DNA from: Octopus sinensis
Lineage: Eukaryota
Length of the DNA stretch: 64,000 nucleotides
Assembly (NCBI RefSeq): GCF_006345805.1
Contig: NC_043000.1
Location: 52,638,001-52,702,000 of the forward strand
Reading direction: 5' to 3'
Shown: piece after piece, positions 11,926 through 24,124 of the stretch
Layout of the letters: each line of letters begins with the position of its first letter
Numbering within the stretch: the first letter of the stretch is position 1
Translations under genes and position numbers: made by a program
The notes under the pieces: model-generated
What the model saw: the letters and a program-made list of their open reading frames with translations, nothing else
Told to the model about the DNA's origin: nothing
Databases searched by the model: none

Positions 11926-14900
11926 TAATGTCTTCGCACAACGTCTTTCGCTGGAGATGTACTACGGTGTCAGGTGTTCACTAGTAATGAACTAAGGTAA
12001 CGGACCAACCGGATTATTCGAGTAGTTCCACGCAGTGCTATTTTATGCAAGTACTACACTCTTATTACAACCATTATTTGTTTCATGTAATTCTCAAGAT
12101 TTTTACTCACTTTTCCCAGGGCTCCGGTAATTATTCGTACTACTACCACCACCTTTTCAGCGACCACAACTGCTTAAGCCCCGAATTAACCTGTTATATC
12201 TATCAACATTTCCTTCTTCTTTATTGCATACCTTGTTGTCATCGAGGCATGATATTTCTATAATCCAAAATCGTTTGCTTCCTTTCTCCATCTCATGGTC
12301 GCACTGAATCATAAAATCCAATACGATCTTTACATTACCGTTTCCGATGATGCGTTCGGATTTATGTTCGTATCACTATTTTGGTCAGTCAAGTCCATAC
12401 TTGTTGCAAAGTGTCCAATGGACTATCCTTGCTATGTTGTCATGGTGTATCTTATATTCTTTCTGGGCTAGTGGCGTACATTCACTGGTAATATCCCATA
12501 CGGTTTCATCATTTTGTCCACAAATTCTGCACTTATAATTTTCTGATTTTTGGTGCATTCTTTATTTAATATAATTGGTTCTTAACGCTGGGTCTTGCGC
12601 ACCACAGATTAGAGCCTCTGTCTCCGGTTTTGAAACACGTTTAGATATCCATAGACATCTTTTTCTCTGTCTTATCTTGGATATCCATATGAAATTGTCC
12701 AGGCATTCTTTTCTTTATCCATCTATTTTCAGTTTCATTCATTCTCAAGTACTTGTACAATGCTTTCTCTTTGCAATCTTTCATCCTACACAAATCTGAC
12801 CTTCCTACGTCCAATAATAGCGGGTCTGTGTCATATTTTACATGCCATGCTATGTTATTTTCCTCTGATCTAATGCTGTGTTCGCATCCAATCAGTCCTA
12901 TTCCCCCATCATTTACTTGGTACATAGTCTGTCGGTGTCACATTTTGCGTGGAGTATCTCATATCTTGTCAGCAACATCCTTGCCTTTTTGTCTGCTATC
13001 CACGCGATTACCCCTGCTCCCCATATCTAAGTACGGAAACTACCCAAGGGTTGATAGCTTCAATGTTATTCCGTCTGTTTAATTTCGACTTAAGGATCAG
13101 TCTCAGTCAGCGCAAGTACACCACCTTAACTTTTTCTGTCGCTTCTTTCTCCATCAATTTATCAACTTCTAATATCCCCAAGTACTTATAACCCGTCTCT
13201 TCTATCTGCTTCATTATCTCCCCGACAGTATCGTTAGCCAGCCCCTACATTAAATTGTGTCTCTCTTCAAGATTAACAAACCACGCTTCTTCTGATATCA
13301 GCACTGAAAATATACACCGTATCAACGAGGGAACTGATTTGGGATTCATCTTTACCATAAAGTTTGAAGTCATCCATAAACAATAACAAGTGGTTGACTA
13401 CTTTTTGTTAGCGGCATTTGTTAGCGGCATTTGAATACATACCCAGCGTTTGCGTTCCTCAGAATCACTGTTAGTTGTATCATGCACTGTACAAGGAATA
13501 GTGGGGATAGGCAATCCCATTGGAAGATACCACTCCTGATTTCCATTGTCTCTAAACTTCTCCCATATGCTGTCAGTTCCGTCCTCCACTTCGCCAAACT
13601 TCTTCCAAGCAATCGCTCAACATTCATTTGATACAATACCAAATGGGTTCATACATTCCATAATCCACGAATGTAGAAGCATATTGTATTCCTACGATAA
13701 TCCATCCATAACATGGCTAAGTTAGTTTTCCTATTCTTGCAGTCTCTAATTATAGTTTTATCTACGATCTAACAGGATTTGATCTTTGGTACCTCTGACC
13801 TTACGCTTGCACCCTTTCTTCTCATGTGGTAGGACTCCATGTTTTCTAGATGTCCCTACATTGACTCTACGTCTATCCCAGTCAATGATATCCATATAAG
13901 GATATCAGGATATCGGCCTGTAATTGTCTACCGTATTGCCTTTTTCGATGTTTTGCAAGCACAGCACTGTCCTACGCATAGTCAACCACTCTAGTGTTAC
14001 TTGGTTGGCGTTTAAAAAGGTGTTAATTTGTGCAGCTATTCATGCATGAAATTAAAAAAATATTTTGAGCCAGTAGCCTTGAACTCCATCTGCTCCAGGG
14101 GCTTTCCAGTTGAATATTGTTTTGCTGATTTCTTTCACTTCCATAACTGAAATGATTAGTTCTGCCTTTCGCGGACAGGCTACTGTTTGTTTCAACTCTT
14201 GCAAACATTCAGCATCTTTCTTGAGCTCATTCTCTTTGCTCCAGATGTCACTCCAAAACTTTTGATTTTCAATGTTATCTGGTATCAACATTTCGCCTGT
14301 AAGCTCTTTGTATAATATTTTCTGAACTACTCCGAGTAACTTGCTCGGGTGGTAACGCTTCATTCTTTGGTCGTATCTTACCATCTTTGCTTTCTATGCA
14401 ACGAGGCGCTGTTTCACTTCTTCCACTACTACCTTCAGGCCCTTTCTCTCAATATTATACTACCTTTTCAGCGCCTGTATTTCTGTTTGCTTTTAAGCTC
14501 CCCTTTCTATTTTCGGTCTAACATAGAGATTTCCTTCGGGAGCATGTCTAACCCAGTCTGGATTCTTCTTTTCCACCATGGATCTTTTCTTTTGTCACTC
14601 AAATTGTGTTCCTTTTCATTGTCATCGGCACCCACATTTTCTACTACAACAATACTTGCTGACTTCATCAAATTATTTGTTCTGATGTATTTCAGAATTT
14701 GATTGATATTTTTTCGTTTCTCGGTTCAATTTTCACCGATCAACATTTTATGGTTGCAAATAACATCGCTATTGTTCTCCTCTAGCCTTGCCATTAAACT
14801 GTCATAGATTTCTTTTTGCCCATGTGTCATGTTACCATGTTTTGTTGTCGTCTTCCACACCATTTATATGTCTCTCATTGAGCAAGCTATCACAGTTCTT

Positions 14901-15200
14901 TTCCTGCGGTTTATCATAGATCACACCTCTGTTTTCTGTTATAAGATTACTTTTATCAGTAAGAACGTTATCACCGTTTCCACTGTAGCTGTTTTCCAAT
15001 ACCCCACTTTTGATATTTTCGAGCTCTAATTCAGTGAACCAAAGCTTTTTTTATTGTTCTGGCTTGATCACATACTCTCTGTTCCGTGAGTTGAAACAAT
15101 CCTCTTTCTCACCATTGATCATGCATACATTGTCGAATCCCCTAATACCATTTTCCATTAGCATATGTGTGTGCGCTTGTCAATACCTTACCTAATGTTA
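11926..15200 (-). mobile_element. Long (~3.3 kb) degraded R4/Dong-like RLE retrotransposon
   Basis: RT motifs 'WKAPGADGVQGYWLK', 'SGIFQWDCLSPL' (GIFQGDSLSP) and 'NHLLLFMDDFKLYGKDE'. Downstream 'GGIGL..W.KKRMPGQF', 'KPETEALICGAQDPALRT', zinc knuckle 'CRICGQNDETVWDITSEC', and C-terminus 'LHKIALRGTTRIIR'. Many stops and frameshifts. Confidence 0.92.
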
Positions 15201-15599
15201 TTTTAAAATATGAAAATGTGTTCATGTAACACTAGTGTCTATACGTAATTAATTATTTAACTTACGTGTTGTCATGAGTACTTTTTGGATATAGTCCAAT
15301 ATGTACTTAATCCGATACAGTCCAACACTTTCAATGAGTACTACTTACTCGGGTGTAGTCCAGTGCGTTGCCAATGTGGCGAGCATGTTTACACGTGTTG
15401 TGCAACTGACGGAGGTGACACACAGTTAAATTACATTCGGAAAATAGAAATAAATTTTAATGTGTATTAATTACACCGATATAGTCCAACACTTTGTCGG
15501 TTATTTTAGGCGTTGTTCCATTTGTTCTCTTTATTGCTGATGTTTTGGATAGATTTCGGAGCAATGCTTTATCGCTCTCACATGCTAAACGTCCCCGGT

Positions 15600-15740
15600 G
15601 TCTTCTTCTTCTTCTTCTTCTTCTTCTTCTTCTTCTTCTTCTTCTTCTTCTTCTTCTTCTTCTTCTTCTTCTTCTTCTTCTTCTTCTTCTTCTTCTTCTT
15701 CTTCTTCTTCTTCTTCTTCTTCTTCTTCATCATCATCATC

Positions 15741-15774
<34 letters not shown>

Positions 15775-15800
15775 TATTATTATTATTATTATTATTATCA
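15600..15800. repeat. (CTT)n-(CAT)n-(TAT)n compound microsatellite
   Basis: Directly visible. Confidence 0.95.
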
Positions 15801-16000
15801 TCACACACTATACAATATCGTGATGTTGTTGATTGAAGATATAGTGTCTATAAGGGGTTTGTACTGTTTGTCAAGTAAAAATAAGGACCTTACACTGACA
15901 GAACTTTACGCAATATGCGTGCAGTTCCAAGTAATGACGATTTTTGCAATACACCTAGATTGTAGGGTATTTGTAAGGCTTTCAGATGATATTATTCTAG
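15800..16000 (-). mobile_element. R4/Dong-like 3' end
   Basis: Minus strand reads 'QKSSLLGTARILRKVLS'. Homologous to 8225-8410. Confidence 0.8.
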
Positions 16001-16110
16001 GCAAAGTCGGCCACGGCGGAAGTTGAACTCAGAACATAAAGGCAGGCTAAGTACCGCAAAGCATTTCGCCCGGCGTGCTAACGTTTCTGCCACCTCACCG
16101 CCTTGGAGGA
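16000..16110 (-). mobile_element. SINE family C, tRNA-like head fragment
   Basis: Reverse complement GGCGGTGAGGTGGCAGAAACGTTAGCACGCCGGGCGAAATGC..GTTCTGAGTTCAA. Confidence 0.75.
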
Positions 16111-16124
16111 TATTATTATTGAAT

Positions 16125-16668
16125 GAGAGCAGTGCATGCCATCAAAGTGACACTGGGGTAAAATATACGAAGCCCAGTATACCCATCATGACAACCTGCA
16201 TGGAAAGGTTTCACCAGGCATATGCATGACAGCAATATGTGCACGACACGGTGATCTCCTATCAGGATAAATAGCGCATGACCTTGCAGGTGGAGCCCAG
16301 TTAGAATTTCCGTCAGGTCGAGTAGCCTATCCCGCTCAAAAGGTCCCTGAATAAGGTTTGTTTGAAGATGTTGAACGAAACACTAAGGTTTACAAATTTG
16401 AATTGTCCAACCTTCAACGAATTCCTTTCAATACATGGTTATCTTGTTTCACCCGTGCTTCTGCTCGTGATCAGAGACGCACATATCGTCAGACACTAAG
16501 GGGAATGTTCAACTGTTGAAGGTCAAACAATTGACAAGCAAATCTGTCGGATTGAGTAGAATATTTGCTGTAGCCCATCTTTTATACCATGACAAAACAA
16601 TGTACATGAAAACACTTCCAATTAGTCAAGATCAGAAGCCACGAGAGCCACTGCCCGGTACCGCATCA
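16125..16668. repeat. Unclassified ~540-bp interspersed repeat X, copy 1
   Basis: Aligns along its length with 24125-24520 (GCATGACCTTGCAGGTGGAGCC..GCTCAAAAGGTCCCTG..GAGAGCCA.TGCC.GGTAC.GCATCA). Confidence 0.85.
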
Positions 16669-16745
16669 TTATCATTATTATCATCATTTCTATTGTTTTT
16701 GTTATTGCTGTTGTTGTTGTTGTTATTATTATTATTATTATTATT

Positions 16746-17030
16746 CTATGTTTAACTTTTGCTTTATGTCTGTACAAGTTGGATCCAAGTCTCACCCAGA
16801 TACCTCAAGAGACAACAGGTTGGGAGTTCACGTTGTTGTTATGCCTAGTGTCCCATATATTTGTGGTTTTTCTTTGGTGTTGTACTAGTGAATGTCTAAT
16901 ACATAAATTAAAAAAAAGTTTGTTTTAAACCTTGGGATTACATAGAGAGTGTTTTGCGTAGGATATGAGCAGTTCCCATAAGCACTATCTTTTGAATTTC
17001 TGCCATTTTGGGGTTTCCTGGTATCTGATT
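16746..17030 (-). mobile_element. R4/Dong-like 3' end with 3' UTR
   Basis: 'QIPGNPKMAEIQKIVLMGTAHILRKTLSM*' (stop at 16938-16940). Flanked on both sides by (ATT)n. Confidence 0.88.
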
Positions 17031-17046
17031 TATTATTTATATTATT

Positions 17047-17089
<43 letters not shown>

Positions 17090-17096
17090 TTATTAA

Positions 17097-17130
<34 letters not shown>

Positions 17131-17319
17131 TGTAGTAGTATCATTATTATTTGGAAAATGAGGGCATTTGTTCGTGGCTTGTAATTTTTGCTGAAACACA
17201 CACATACACAGAAATATATATTCATATATAGAAAGATATATTTTGTCAACACGTAAATACTGAACAGTATATATAAAGCATAAAATCCTTTTAAGAGCAG
17301 AAAACATTGCCGGAAAACG

Positions 17320-17480
17320 CGACAGGCCTCTTTCAGTTTCGTCTATCAAATTCCCTCAAGGCTTTGGTCAGCCCGGGGCTATAGTACTAGACACTTGCTC
17401 AAGGTGCCACACAGTGGGACTGAACCCAGAACCATATGGTTACGAAGCAAGCTTGTTACCACAGAACCACATCTGCGACT
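17320..17480 (-). mobile_element. tRNA-derived SINE family A head
   Basis: Reverse complement has box A/B-like motifs (..TGGTAAC..GGTTCTGGGTTCAGTCCCACTGTGTGGCACC). Confidence 0.85.
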
Positions 17481-17609
17481 ATAATAATTATAGTTTTTTC
17501 GCACAAAGTCCCAATGCTAGGAATTGTGATTATTTATGATAAAGTATGCCAGATTTGTAAAGCCATAAGTTAAAGAAAATAGTCTATTAAATAAAAAAAC
17601 CGTACTGGA

Positions 17610-18150
17610 CAGCCACTTAATTTTATCGATCTTAGAGGGATGAAATACAAAATCGTAATCGGCTGGAGTTGAACTGAGAACGTAAAAGAGCCGGAATGCA
17701 TTATACGTGGCATTTATCCAATACTCTTATTATTCTGTCAATCCACCACCCTATGATTCTTTATGATAAAATATGACATATTTGTAAAGCCAGAAGTTAG
17801 AGAAAATTGTAAATCGCTCAATATGACTTCAGCACATAGCTGGTAACATTTCTTTTGGCCATTTTTGAAGCATGACCGGTGAAGTTGATCTCAGCAGGAT
17901 TTGAACTGAGAACATAAAGAACCGAAAACAGCGGCAATGAAATTACATGTTTCACTCCTACTATTCTACCAGGAAACACCACAAGTATTGCTGGGAATAA
18001 TTGTTTCGATTTAGACTATAGGTCGTAATCTTGAGCGGAGAGGACTAGTTGATACCATGAAACCTAGTACTTGAAAAGTACATTATTTTAGCGCTCTCTG
18101 CGGGATAAGAAGTAAATCTAACCTCAACTGAATTTGAACTCAGAATACTA
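17610..18150 (-). mobile_element. Cluster of three degraded SINE family C cores
   Basis: TTGAACT(G/C)AGAA motif recurs near 17670, 17900 and 18135 with flanking core similarity. Confidence 0.5.
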
Positions 18151-18319
18151 AGAGTAAGAGAAAAGAGAAAGGTATAACTTCCGACAATCTAAAAATTCAG
18201 TAAAATCCCTCCCTATAGGTAGAGATAATAAAAATGTAACTCAATGAATGATGCATTTTTTATTATTATTTAGAAAGCAAAGCGACAACATAATTCCAAT
18301 AATATTCAGAATCACAAAG

Positions 18320-18710
18320 GTGGTGAGCTGGCGGCAGAACCGTTGGCACACCGGGAGAAATTCTTAGCGGTATTTCGTCTGCCGCTACGTTCTGAGTTCC
18401 AATTCCGCCGAGGTCGACTTTGCCTTTCATCCTTTCGGGGTCGATTAAATAAGTTCTAGTTACGCACTAGGGTCGATATAATCGACTTAATTCGTTTGTC
18501 TGTCCTTGTTTGTCCCCTTGTGGGTAGTAAAGAAATAGAAATAGGTATTTCGTCTGTTTTTATGTTCTGAGTTCAAATTACGCCGAGGTCGACTTTGCAT
18601 TTCATTCTCTCGGGGTCGATAAATTAAGTAGCAGTTGCGTATCGGGGTCGAATCTAATCGACTGGTCCCCTCCCACAAAATTTAGGGTCTTGTGCCTAGT
18701 GTAGAAGTGA
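18320..18710 (+). mobile_element. SINE family C with duplicated core (dimeric)
   Basis: Head GGTGGTGAGCTGGCGGCAGAACCGTTGGCAC, then two copies of GTTCTGAGTTC.AATT.CGCCGAGGTCGACTTTGC.TTTCAT..T.TCGGGGTCGAT. Confidence 0.85.
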
Positions 18711-19622
18711 ATATTTAGAATCACAGATAAAAATTGAAAAATAGGCATACAGACGTATCAATTTCTATCTGTTTATGAAAGTATGTATGTGAGCGTGTAT
18801 GTAACACAGTCTCCGCAGATATGCATGCAAATTATGATACATAGCAACATTAGAAATAATGAAACTGTGCTCCTAAATTCCTGATAGTCAATGTAATATC
18901 GAACACGGAGAATCTTACAATGCAGAGATTATTGTAAGAAAATAATTTCTATAAATTAATAGCAAAATTATCCTACACATCCTTATTTTTGTTACATTGT
19001 ACTTCGAGTGAAGCAAACATTATCTAAGTAGTTTATGATGTATAAAAAATATCTAAACTGTTTTATGCAAATATTTCAAGGTTATAACACTTACGCTTCA
19101 AGAGATCAATTGAATTTCCAAACCTTGTATTAAACACACTAAAATTAAAACAAAAAGAAACTTGAATCTATGCAAAATTCCCTTTAGAAAAATATTAGCA
19201 ATATCAAATGAAAATTCTTTTAATAGCTTTCTTTCATTTTACACCTGAAAGGACAGCGTATATGTTAAATGAAAAGAGATAATGTTTTGGACATTAATTT
19301 ACATACATTAAAATGTGCCCAGAGTAAAATAGTAAATACTAAATAAAGAAACCTTATAAAAATAATCATATTTCGATCTAATCAGATGAAGATTAATATA
19401 AACATTGAAATTCTAGATACAGAGTTTTGAACCAGGGTGAAAACCTCCATGTACAGATTGAGTGAACCTGAGACCCTATATGTTGTGGGTCAATGTGCTA
19501 AAAATATCATTCAAATATCCACCCAAACTACACTCTAGTATTTTGAAAGGGGGAAATATATTAACGATATTAGATAACCAAGACTGTGAAACAAGATCTC
19601 TACTTCATCATTTCATATATTT

Positions 19623-20008
19623 CCTTAGAAGCACTCCGTCGGTTCCGACGACGAGGGTTCCGGTTGATCCGATCAACGGAACAGCCTGCTCGTGAAATTA
19701 ACGTGTAAGTGGCTGAGCACTCTACAGACACGTGTACCCTTAACGTAGTACTCGGGGATATTCAGCGTGACACAGAGAGTGACAAGGCCGGCCCTTTGAA
19801 ATACAGGTACACCAGAAACAGGAAGTAAGAGTGAGAGAAAGTTGTGGTGAAAGAGTACAGCAGGGATCACCACCATCCCCTGCCGGAGCCTCGTGTAGCT
19901 TTAGGTGTTTTCGCTCAATAAACACTCACAACGCCCGGTCTGGGAATCGAAACCGCGATCCTACGACCGCGAGTCCACTGCCCTAACCACTGGGCCATTA
20001 CGCCTCCA
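19623..20008 (-). mobile_element. Full-length tRNA-derived SINE family B with 14-bp TSD
   Basis: Box A TGGCCCAGTGG and box B GGTTTCGATTCC on the minus strand. CATTTCATATATTT is repeated at 19609-19622 and 20009-20022. Homologous to 50686-51062. Confidence 0.92.
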
Positions 20009-20551
20009 CATTTCATATATTTAGTTCCTAAGAAATACTTTGTCAATAAAGTTATGATTGTAATTTATAGAATCACAACACTATTGCGAAAAATGGGGAT
20101 TGAAATTTTCAAGAGATTAAATATGATATTATTGTGATGTAGTTGTTTTTAAGATGAAAACATATTTCAAACATCATCCACTTTTACCATTGTATATTTG
20201 TCATCAGTCATGCATGTATGTCGTTTTGCGTACATTCTAAATTGACAAGCGTATTACGTACATGGAGGTTACTCGTGATGGCTCTGATCCAATACCCATG
20301 AATACACCATGTCACGACCAATGTCGCAAGAATAAATATTTCTTATAATGGCAATTGACAAATGTTTCGTAAACTGTATAAGCAGTTTAGTTTAATTATT
20401 TGGTTATACAATTTTTGTATCAGGAAAAAAAGCCTATTAAAAGTATTTCGTTTCAGTCTCTATTCTTTTTGTATATTTTATTCCTCTGCGATGTAACAGA
20501 TGCTAGTGTTTCTTTTACAGAAATTCATGTTAAAGTATCGAAGATATATAT

Positions 20552-20584
<33 letters not shown>

Positions 20585-20589
<5 letters not shown>

Positions 20590-21310
20590 GAAATGAAGAA
20601 AATGCTGACAAAATAATTTAAGTAATTTAAGTAATTTAATTAGGTGAAAGTTCTTTTTACCGGTTGCGCATTTGTTATACTTATCAAAATATATTTTTTA
20701 AAGAGAGATTAGAGTTCCTTTTCTGATAGATTTTTTCCTCTTATCTGACTTTATGTTGGGTTTGCTGTCTCTTATATGTGAAAAAAGAGGCTCCAGATTT
20801 GTTTTGGATTTGCTTGGTTTCGCGCCTAAAATTTCTTGTGGACAATGGTCAATACAATTTTGATTTGTCATTATGAAGGGGTCTCGTGAATGTTTGAATG
20901 GAAGTTGATTTGGGGTAAGAAAAAAGGCTCCAGATAAGTTAAAATTTGCTAGTGTCGCGCCTAAAATTTCTTATTGGTCATAATAAAGATGTCACGTGGA
21001 TGTGGTCATAATAGAGAGGTCACGTGAATGTTTAGAATTTTCGAAAATAGCGTTGTTGAAAATTCATATTGTTCAGGCTGGTCAGTAGACGTCATGTGGA
21101 TATTTTAAATAGCTTTTCAGCGCGTAGTTAGGGTTTGTATTTTCCGCTAGTTAGGGAGTGTATTTTCCTAAAAAGGAACTCTAATCTCTCTTTAAAAAAT
21201 ATATTTTGATAAGCATAACAAATGCGCAACCGGTAAAAAGAACTTTCACCTAATTAAATTACTTAAATTACTTTAATTATTTTGTCAGCATTTTCTTCAT
21301 TTCCTTTTTA
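20585..21310. mobile_element. Non-autonomous DNA transposon / fold-back element with ~140-bp TIRs
   Basis: 20585-20722 is the near-perfect reverse complement of 21171-21310. TA-rich flanks, no ORF, internal direct sub-repeats. Confidence 0.92.
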
Positions 21311-24124
21311 TATATCACAACTCGTGTTCCACATCTCCTTTTATAGATATATATATATATATGTATGTATATTCTTCATCTACCAGTATTGTTACCTTGA
21401 ACAATGTATTGGTAGAAACGGTACAGCGTCGCTGAGAATAACTTGTAAAATTTAGCTAAGAGATTTTATGTTTAAGTTCAAATCATAAAGAGAAAAACTG
21501 AAATTAGACATATCATCTCAGCAGCAAAAACGGTATTCAGTTTAATTGGGAAAATTCTCTCTCCCAATGTGTAATCGTTTGACAATGTTAGTATTACCAT
21601 CTAAATTATAAGTAGCTGAACCAACATTAAATGTGAAGAAGGTAGTATTTCGAAACAACGTAGTGCACCACTTAAAATTATAACAAGCCAGTCAAAAACC
21701 CAGTATCTGGTTGGTAGGAAATGCAATTGCGTCTCTGACGAATTATATACACTGTTATTTTATAACAGATTCAGAACATTAAATGTCCCACGAAATACCA
21801 CGTAATACACTATATACTATATTAGGAATTAAGATGGTCACGACTGCAACATTGATCGAACATATGTTCAATCGAACTTGCTTGAAGAAAGACAAAAACA
21901 AATATAATCAGAATTATTAGTTAAAACCACTTTGCAACTCGGTTTGATGTCCATTCTAAAACAAGACGCGTACGCAAGTGTAGATGAATACGATGACTAT
22001 GAACAGTGTGTACGTTGCAAAATGAAAATATATGACTAATCTTTGTTAAGTATAGAATTTGCTATGTATCTGTCGTGTGGACGCCCCCAGACGATGAAGT
22101 AGACTAGCCCAATACGTAGATATAGAGGGAGCAGACTAGAACAGACTAGATTCGAAGTTGAGTAGTAGAGGCATCCGAACGTGCGACATAACAGTATCTG
22201 AATACAAACGAAATATAAGTAATTTGGCCTCAATTCATCTATATGGGTCTACATTTAAACAATGTATTTGGATTTTGATCATTAAAACATGTTTCTATTG
22301 AAAACCATCTAATTTTAGATTCAACATTATAATCATTCGGTAACCACATACATATCCTCGGAGTAAATTGACAAGAGTATTTATTATCCAGAAGCAACAC
22401 ATTGTTTAAAAAAAAGTGAATGCTGAATGGATAATTAAATGTAAATTTCCCTAGTGTTTTAATCATTTGATTTACCTGCGAGCTACAATTTGTTCATATT
22501 TAGAATTTGTACGACAAATGTTTTGATCTACTATATCTCAGCGATAATAGTCAGTTATTTATAATTTCGGATTGGAAATATAGTTTACCCTAGAGAAAAC
22601 TAGATAATATTTTTGTTAGCATTATTGTTTTCAAAATGCTAACTATTCTACATGTAATTAAAGATTAGATTTTCATTCACATCTCGCCCATTACTACTGT
22701 CTAATTTATACTTACCTGTTACACAATTATGCTAAAATAATAAATAATAGCTTCAAATTTTCTGAATAAATGCCACCGCATTCCACTTTTCTTCATCTTT
22801 CTTACATACTTGAAAAGTGATAATTTGTAAATATTGTAAATATTTAGTTGTAGGCATAAACGTTGGAGTTGCATATTAAATTTTATTCCCATGTGGTTGG
22901 GTTTGTTTCAGCTGAAGTCACACTTGATGATTAGCATTCAAGTCACAAATATCAACCTTTAATTAGACATAGGAAGTTTAGGACTACATCTTAACACACA
23001 TGCATCCTTTTTAAAGATTGATATTTGTGTTTCTAGAGAGATCGGATGGTTGATTTTTTTAGCGTGTCTAGAAACTACGTAAGCATTTCATCCTTGAAAT
23101 GGTAAGGGATTTCTCTGCACAAACTTTTAAGGTTCATTGACTTTTACAGTGTCGGTTAGTTTTAATGTCTGAAAATATGTATTACAACTTTATATTAAAT
23201 ATGTTTCTAATCTCATTTCAATATATATGTAAAATTTATACAGCAATATATAAGACTTCTTGTTGGGTATAGCGAGATATTACGATAGAATTGCATATAA
23301 TAGGTATAGGAGACAACTATTTTCAGGATACAACTGGACTAATAATAGCTTCATGAAATGAAAATACCATATATGAACAAACGTGTTTCAAAATGTCTCT
23401 TTAGATAAAGTTAATCGTGTCCTAGTAGATAGTCTGATTGAAAGGAGATTTTGAGGTATGAACTTTCACACATTTTTCAGACAAAATGTATCTCCAGCTT
23501 TATTATTAATGTTGTTCTTCACAGTGCGATGCTATTTCTAATATATCAAGCTGCTACTTAGTAATTCTTTTCTTCAATCGATATTAATGAAAATACTGCA
23601 TATTTGGGACTAGCTTATAAGCAGGAGAGGAATCGCTGGTGAGCGAAGAGTCACATCAGTTTGCCTTATCTAATTTTAAAAAATGATTGGGATGGTTAAC
23701 TGTTCTTTTAATTAAATCTCTGAAGTTTATAACAACGACAATTGTTAACTTAAAAGTAACAGTAATATTTATGTCAAACCTTAAATAGGAATCAAGATTT
23801 AAAGAGATATGTTTAGCTTTTTTTTAATATTTTACTGCAGACACAGCTGGACTATATTACGTTAGCATTTGATGACTATAAATTTGTGTTTTATTTCACT
23901 CTTCAATTGAAGTAAATTACTGCGTAACGAAGACGCATCTAAGACAATAAAACGACATGCTGGACAAAGAAAGTAATTTGGAGACGTTTGGCGATAGCTG
24001 ATGGTTCGTTGTATTTGCTTTGGGGATACCTTCATCAAAATATTAGAATATGTTTAAATGTGTGGAGAGTAAATTCGAATGTTCGGATTTGTAAATCTGC
24101 AGACCAACAACTGAAGTTTTCCGG

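Noticed and set aside
16600-16668. Faint U2 snRNA-like words at the end of repeat X
   Set aside because: Only scattered short matches, with no Sm site or branch-point recognition sequence.
19910-20006. tRNA-like sequences with A and B boxes (also 17400, 50150, 50690, 55300)
   Set aside because: They continue into shared SINE bodies and I could not fold a full cloverleaf. These are SINE heads, not tRNA genes.
21125-21160. TTAGGG hexamers
   Set aside because: Only two isolated copies inside a transposon sub-repeat; not a telomeric array.
22036-22233. Signal-peptide-like ORF MRPNYLYFVCIQILLCRTFG
   Set aside because: It starts at TTG, not ATG, and has no support beyond composition.
22710-22810. 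Perfect minus-strand donor CAG/GTAAGT at 22716
   Set aside because: All three frames of the upstream segment contain stops; at best a non-coding or decayed exon.
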